From Candidatus Heimdallarchaeota archaeon B3_Heim (lineage in GTDB: Archaea > Asgardarchaeota > Heimdallarchaeia > Hodarchaeales > Hodarchaeaceae), in assembly GCA_003144275.1 (NCBI GenBank), contig NJBF01000038.1, positions 1-32,000 on the forward strand: DNA of 32,000 nt, given 5' to 3'. Positions within the stretch are counted from its first letter, which is position 1. Each line of letters starts with the position of its first letter. This document shows positions 26,902 through 32,000 of this stretch, piece by piece. The notes below the pieces were generated by a model. It was not told where the DNA came from and did not search any database. It saw only the letters and a list, made by a program, of their open reading frames with translations. The position numbers were made by a program, and so were the translations under genes.

Positions 26902-28125
26902 ATGAATGATAAAAAATCAGTTGATATTATCCAAGAGGCCTTATTTTCATCATCCGTATTTAAAGAAGGAGGAGAAAGAACTCTCAATCAATCTTATATC
27001 CCTGAGTACCTGAATTTCCGTGAAGATCATATTCGGAGAATTTCTCAGAATTTTCGTGAACTCTTTGCTTCAGAAAGAGGGGGATATTCAGGTTTTTCGA
27101 TAAATCTGGCGATTACTGGATCTGCTGGAATTGGTAAGACAGTAACTAGCCGATATACAGTGGATAGGATACAATCCACTGCAGAGAAATATCATCTCAA
27201 ACTTTACACTGAATACAAGAATTGTTGGACTACTCGAACGAAAACGTCTATTCTTAGATCAATCCTACGTGATCAATTTGGTGTGGCAAGCCGAGGATTT
27301 AGTGATGAGGAATCGACGGATATTCTCATAAGACGCTTGAACTCCGAACAAGCTTATCTTTTGTTGATTCTTGACGAAGCTAGTGTCTTAAATCAAAAAG
27401 ATATACGTGGTTTTGTTCACTTATCAGAAGAATTTGGCATGGAACACAGAATTTCACTGATCATGATCAGCCGTCCTACTGAATGGAAAGTGGCTCTTTC
27501 ATCGATGGTTTCCCAAAGGATTTCAGACGTAATTCACTTTCAACCTTATAACTATGAGGAAACCCGTAAAATTCTTGGGTATCGCTCAGAACTTGCATTC
27601 AAATCTTACGCACTATCAGAAGATATAGTCGATATGGTCGCGGAAATATCCGATCAAACAAAAAATTTACGGCACGGGATTGAAACTCTTTATCGTGCAG
27701 GAAGAGCTGCCGATCAAATGAGGATAGATGAAATTACACCTGAACTTATTCGTAGAGCTAAAAACGATGTATATCCCGAAATGCGGGCCGATATTTTAGA
27801 AGAACTAAACCCACACGAATTGTTTGCCACTCTCAGTGTTGCTCGGAGACTACACCATAAGGGAATTACAGCAACAACGATTGAACACTCATTTAAGAAT
27901 TATCGAATCATTTGCGAAGAATGGAATGCTACACCTAATGGGGAAGCAGCATTCAGAAACTACTTATCTACCCTAGAAGCAATAGGTATTTTGGGTAAAG
28001 TTACTAAGGGTGTCAAAGGACGAAAAGGAGTACGAGCACGATTAACAATTCATGATGTTCCTGCTGCAATCCTCATTGAGAGAATAGAAGTTTTTCTCGC
28101 TAAACAATTGAAAAACGAGACATAA
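26902..28125 (+). CDS. cdc6: Orc1/Cdc6 replication initiator
   Basis: SYIPEYLNFRE, Walker A GSAGIGKT, Walker B LLILDEA, FQPYNYEETRKILGYR and a C-terminal winged helix (YLSTLEAIGIL...GKGVKGRKG-like region). Confidence 0.92.
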   Translation: MNDKKSVDIIQEALFSSSVFKEGGERTLNQSYIPEYLNFREDHIRRISQNFRELFASERGGYSGFSINLAITGSAGIGKTVTSRYTVDRIQSTAEKYHLKLYTEYKNCWTTRTKTSILRSILRDQFGVASRGFSDEESTDILIRRLNSEQAYLLLILDEASVLNQKDIRGFVHLSEEFGMEHRISLIMISRPTEWKVALSSMVSQRISDVIHFQPYNYEETRKILGYRSELAFKSYALSEDIVDMVAEISDQTKNLRHGIETLYRAGRAADQMRIDEITPELIRRAKNDVYPEMRADILEELNPHELFATLSVARRLHHKGITATTIEHSFKNYRIICEEWNATPNGEAAFRNYLSTLEAIGILGKVTKGVKGRKGVRARLTIHDVPAAILIERIEVFLAKQLKNET

Positions 28126-28524
28126 ATTCATCTAGTCTGATAAAGGAAAAATAGGGGGTATTTTCTACTTAAAATTGATGCAAGGATTGTTACTTCCTTC
28201 ATATCATCTTCTACTTTATTTTAACTTTCTAGAATGAATCTCACAACGCTTAAAGAGAAGTAATTGTACATATAAGAAGATTGTAAGTTTAAACGCAGAA
28301 TGGGGAAGTAATTTATTTGTAATACGGGAAGGAAGGTCTTTTAACTTAACGCTCAAATAATTCGTTTGTAAAGGGGTTTGTAAAACTGGTCGGATTTCCA
28401 ACACAAATGAATCAACTTCCTGAACTGTGAAGAATAAGCATTTTTCGTGGAGGAAATTTCCATCAATCCAAGTATTTACCTCCCAAGTTGTTGAGGAAAA
28501 TCACCAAAATAATGATGAGTTTAG

Positions 28525-29121
28525 GTGGAGAATATTATCACTGATAAACCTGAGAAAATTCAATCCGAACAAATGGAACTGGAGTTAGAATTAAAGAGAA
28601 TACTGTTTGAGTTCACTGATAGTTCTATTTCAGTGAAATTTACTAGTTCTTTTTCTGGTTTTGAATTTGGAGGGATTAATATCCCATCTACAACAGAAAA
28701 CAGTAGAATAGATATTCCTTATTTTATTGCTGAAATTTTATTAAAAGAAAATCTAATTGAAGATTTTAGAAATGATTTTCCTTTGTCTTTACAAGAGCTA
28801 ACTGCAGCAGTGCGAAAAGAAGTGCGCCATGGGGAAGTTCAACAGCTTCATCCATACTTCTATTCATTGTTCAGTGAGCAGGTTATAAAATCAGACATTA
28901 ACGATTCACATTATGATGAAATAGAGTTAAAACGTCAAAAAGATCGTGTAAAACAATTAATAACCGAAAGACTATCAAAAATCATTAAATTAACCGATAG
29001 TAACGATTTTAATCCTCGGAGACTCAATTTAACTGCATCTGAGGTAATACTTATGACAAAAATACATTCTTGGGTTGTAAACTGGAAATCGTTAATTAAT
29101 CAAGAGGAACGAGGAGTGTAG
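28525..29121 (+). CDS. gins23: GINS subunit Gins23 (Psf2/Psf3-like)
   Basis: IDIPYFIAEIL, LHPYFY, ERLSKIIKL and NLTASE motifs; directly upstream of mcm. Confidence 0.8.
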   Translation: MENIITDKPEKIQSEQMELELELKRILFEFTDSSISVKFTSSFSGFEFGGINIPSTTENSRIDIPYFIAEILLKENLIEDFRNDFPLSLQELTAAVRKEVRHGEVQQLHPYFYSLFSEQVIKSDINDSHYDEIELKRQKDRVKQLITERLSKIIKLTDSNDFNPRRLNLTASEVILMTKIHSWVVNWKSLINQEERGV

Positions 29122-29124
29122 ACA

Positions 29125-32000
29125 ATGAGTTTACCCTTTGATATTAGAGGACGATTTGAATCCTTCATCAATGAATTTGCCGATGAAGCAGGCATGCTGT
29201 GCTATCGTGAAAAAATACGCGATATGCCTCGAAAAGGACTAAGAAGCCTGCCTATTTCGTACAATGATTTGTTACATCACGATCCCCGATTAGCGAGAGA
29301 GATAGTACTCAATCCTGAAGAGTGCTTTAACGAGGGAGAAAAAGTTCTACACGATATCTTAATGCAAATTGATCCCGATTACTTCGATAAATATCGGCAA
29401 GCTCATATTCGAATAGAAAATTTCACTGACAAGGTCCTTCTCCGTACTTTAAAAACTGAACATTTAGGCCAGCTTACGAGTTTTGAGGGTATTGTTATAG
29501 GTGTAACAGAGACAAAACCATTATTAATTGAAGGGCATTTTAAATGTGCATCGTGTGGCCACCACCAAGTGGAGGGATTTCCAGAAGGAATTTACAGCCC
29601 CCCCTATCAATGCGGAGATGAGCATTGTCAGAGAAAAGGTTCCTTGGTACTTCTACTTGAAGATAGCCTGTTCATTGACTGGCAAAAAATCACTATACAA
29701 GAAAAACCTGAAGAGTTACCACCTGGGCAATTACCCCAAAGCATAATGATTCATGTCCTCGATGATCTCGTAGATCAAGCTCGTCCAGGTGATCGTGTCC
29801 AAATCGTAGGAATTTTGAAAGCAAGAGCAACTCGATTGCTGAAAAGAGGCCAATTAGCTACTTATAATAAGTTTTTTCAAGGAGTTAATGTCGCAAAGGA
29901 AACTGCGGAATACGTAGATATCGAAATTACTGAAGAGGATTTTAAACAGATCACGGAATTGTCAAAATCCCCTTATATAATCAAAAAAATACGGGATTCC
30001 CTGGCTCCCTCTATTTATGGACATGACCTAGTTAAGGAGGGCATAGCGGCATTACTATTCGGAGGGAGCGAAAAAATAACACCTGACGGAATGAAAATCC
30101 GTGGAGAATCGAATATACTACTTATTGGTGATCCAGGAGTAGGTAAAAGTCAATTATTAAAATTTGTTTCGAAATTAGCACCTAGAGCGCTATATACAAC
30201 AGGAAAAGGAAGTACAGCTGCAGGCCTTTGTGTTTCGGCCGATAGTGAAGTTCTACTTTCACAAAATATTCTTCCAATTTCTTTATTAGTCGAAAACGAG
30301 ATGAAGAATGGAGGAGTAATCCAGTATAAAGATGATATTGATTATAAGGAAGTTTCTAATTCATTTAATGTATTTCATTCTAAGAATCTCAAGTTAGAAA
30401 CTCAACCGGCATCTAGAGTTTGGAGAATAAAAAGTCCAGAAAAATTATGGAAAATTAGGACTAAGACAGGAAAGGAATTGAAATTAACAGGGCCGACCTC
30501 TTTACTCTCTATCGATAATTTCAGAGGTCTAATATGGAAACCTGCAAACTCACTGAATGTAAAAGATAAAATAGCCAGTCCAAAATATTTTCCAAAGGTA
30601 ATTTCTTTACAAGTGCCTAATGTTTATGATCTTTTGAAGGACTATCCAAAGGATTTCTATATTTATAATCTCTCAGAGAATGTTGAAAGTATACTAAATC
30701 AAATTAAACTGAGATTCGGGATTTCGAATCGTGACATTTCTGATCAGCTCAATATTAATGAAGATACTCTATATCGTTGGAAGAGCAAACAACGAAAAGG
30801 AGGGATTCCTCTAAGGAAATTTGAAGAGCTATGTAAGATTTTGAATAAACCAGTGATAAATTTCCTTCCCAATAATATTATTCTCCAAGTGAAGAGAGGA
30901 CAAACAATCAATATACCATTGAAACTTTCTAAAGATTGGTTTTATATTATGGGTTTGATTATTGGTGACGGACGAATCACTCTTGATCGTAGAATTGATG
31001 GATATGGGGGAGTTACAATAGGATTCTCTAATCAAGAAGAGGTGTTATTAAAAATATTTCAAAGTTTTTTTGAACAATTGGGCTTAAGTGTAAATAGAAC
31101 TCCCAAATCTGAGACAAAACCTTCTGAATATCGAATATTCTCATCCATTATTTTTTATATTCTATCAAAATTCGGATTGTCGCCATCACCAAAATCCAAT
31201 TCAATAAAATTGAATAATGAGCTTCTTTTCTTTCCGGAAAAATTTATTTTTTCTTTACTACGAGGATTATATGATTCAGATGGATGGATATCAATTCGAG
31301 AACAAGGATCTTCTCAAATAGGTCTTTCATCAACGAGTCAAGCGTTAATACGATTTGTTCAACATGCTCTCCTTAAACTGGGAATAATAGGATATTTAAA
31401 GATAAGGAAACCTAAAAAGTCGTTTTTAGCAGATGGAAGGAGTATTGAATCTCGTTTCCCTAGATATGAACTTACGTTTAACGCATATTCCGATTTTCTA
31501 ACTTTTAAAAAGCATATTGGCTTTAATCATCCTAAGAAAAGAGTTAAATTAGAAAAATTTTGTTTGAAAAAGAAAAAATGGCACAGAAACGACGATAATC
31601 TACCTGGAACACGAAATATTCTTAGGGAAATTTTAACTTTTTATAATATTCATAGTAGAGAAATTTTCGGATATAAAGGAGCACTGGCACCCTCAAAAAC
31701 GAACAGAGATTTCTCTCGTCCTTATTTAAAACAAATACTCCGTAATGCACAATTTAAATGGCTAAATCATCGTGTCGTTCTCCCTGATACAATACGAGAT
31801 AACATATATTCCATATTATCTAACAATTTTACTTTTGATCAACTATCAAAGGCATTTAAAATTCCAAAAACTCGTTTATATGAATATTTTAAAAGAAAAA
31901 ACCGAAAAATGAAAATTCCAGTGGGAGTTCTTATTTCTACGAAGAAATTGGTTGGTAAACAGCTGTCAATGGAAATTTCTACCTATATAGATGATTTGAT
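29125..32000 (+). CDS. mcm: MCM replicative helicase, intein-containing, 3'-truncated by the window edge (absent from the ORF track)
   Basis: ATG 29125 with GAGGAG SD; frame open to base 32000. Zn finger CASCGH...CGDEHC, DWQKITIQEKPEELPPGQLP, PGDRV, APSIYGHD, IRGESNILLIGDPGVGKSQLL, YTTGKGSTAAGL. Confidence 0.96.
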   Translation, partial: MSLPFDIRGRFESFINEFADEAGMLCYREKIRDMPRKGLRSLPISYNDLLHHDPRLAREIVLNPEECFNEGEKVLHDILMQIDPDYFDKYRQAHIRIENFTDKVLLRTLKTEHLGQLTSFEGIVIGVTETKPLLIEGHFKCASCGHHQVEGFPEGIYSPPYQCGDEHCQRKGSLVLLLEDSLFIDWQKITIQEKPEELPPGQLPQSIMIHVLDDLVDQARPGDRVQIVGILKARATRLLKRGQLATYNKFFQGVNVAKETAEYVDIEITEEDFKQITELSKSPYIIKKIRDSLAPSIYGHDLVKEGIAALLFGGSEKITPDGMKIRGESNILLIGDPGVGKSQLLKFVSKLAPRALYTTGKGSTAAGLCVSADSEVLLSQNILPISLLVENEMKNGGVIQYKDDIDYKEVSNSFNVFHSKNLKLETQPASRVWRIKSPEKLWKIRTKTGKELKLTGPTSLLSIDNFRGLIWKPANSLNVKDKIASPKYFPKVISLQVPNVYDLLKDYPKDFYIYNLSENVESILNQIKLRFGISNRDISDQLNINEDTLYRWKSKQRKGGIPLRKFEELCKILNKPVINFLPNNIILQVKRGQTINIPLKLSKDWFYIMGLIIGDGRITLDRRIDGYGGVTIGFSNQEEVLLKIFQSFFEQLGLSVNRTPKSETKPSEYRIFSSIIFYILSKFGLSPSPKSNSIKLNNELLFFPEKFIFSLLRGLYDSDGWISIREQGSSQIGLSSTSQALIRFVQHALLKLGIIGYLKIRKPKKSFLADGRSIESRFPRYELTFNAYSDFLTFKKHIGFNHPKKRVKLEKFCLKKKKWHRNDDNLPGTRNILREILTFYNIHSREIFGYKGALAPSKTNRDFSRPYLKQILRNAQFKWLNHRVVLPDTIRDNIYSILSNNFTFDQLSKAFKIPKTRLYEYFKRKNRKMKIPVGVLISTKKLVGKQLSMEISTYIDDL
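30229..32000 (+). mobile_element. Intein with LAGLIDADG homing endonuclease in MCM (C-terminus beyond the window)
   Basis: MCM sequence stops after GKGSTAAGL and is followed by CVSADSEV (block A). Block B region KIRTKTGKELKLTGPT; LAGLIDADG motifs WFYIMGLIIGDG (30937-30972) and LLRGLYDSDG (31255-31284). At least 590 aa. Confidence 0.93.

Noticed and set aside
28216-28404. 62-aa minus-strand ORF between cdc6 and gins23
   Set aside because: Non-ATG start, no SD and no motif; the frame extends upstream to a stop without a convincing start.
1896-31035. Short shadow ORFs in the track (1896, 4941, 7904, 9461, 10710, 11812, 12003, 14984, 15412, 16115, 16785, 17230, 22936, 23506, 24115, 25179, 25688, 26372, 29528, 30829)
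   Set aside because: All are antisense or out-of-frame overlaps of well-supported genes and have no recognisable motifs.
1-32000. CRISPR arrays, tRNA/rRNA genes, transposases
   Set aside because: No regularly spaced repeats, cloverleaf/T-loop signatures, rRNA conserved blocks or transposase motifs were seen on reading either strand; a tRNAscan or cmscan run would be the formal check.

Overview
Archaeal genomic window, most likely Asgard/Heimdallarchaeia-like. This is inferred from an Arf-type small GTPase, a RING-finger remnant and a PGF-CTERM-like anchored surface protein among canonical archaeal housekeeping genes. The window has four blocks. (1) 1-10850 is accessory: a membrane hydrolase, a catalytically degenerate HerA/VirB4-like ATPase, a surface protein, an EVE+PD-(D/E)xK nuclease, a frameshifted RING gene, a UDG-fold protein and a 1172-aa acidic protein with a nuclease-like tail. 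(2) 10910-16559 is an isoprenoid cluster that mixes the archaeal modified mevalonate route (AcnX1/AcnX2 phosphomevalonate dehydratase, UbiX, IDI-2) with an antisense classical-route cassette (diphosphomevalonate decarboxylase plus phosphomevalonate kinase). (3) 16762-23990 covers translation and ribosome biogenesis (L7Ae, S28e, L24e, FKBP, UPF0179, Tsr3, ABCE1, RNase P RNA, NIP7-like, NOP2/Sun, CYTH). (4) 24122-32000 holds an Arf-like GTPase, HDAC, cdc6, gins23 and an intein-containing mcm that runs off the end. The top observation is that acnX1, shown as two ORFs in the track, is one gene interrupted by a 36-nt stop-containing hairpin (11154-11189). The hairpin sits in a bulge-helix-bulge/loop motif, and cutting by the tRNA-splicing-endonuclease rule restores the conserved TTLNPAG-MD motif exactly. 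It is therefore a candidate archaeal pre-mRNA intron in a metabolic gene. The kinase of the competing classical branch has a single-base frameshift in a T5 run, which may be a sequencing error. All family assignments come from motif recognition by eye; no database search was run.
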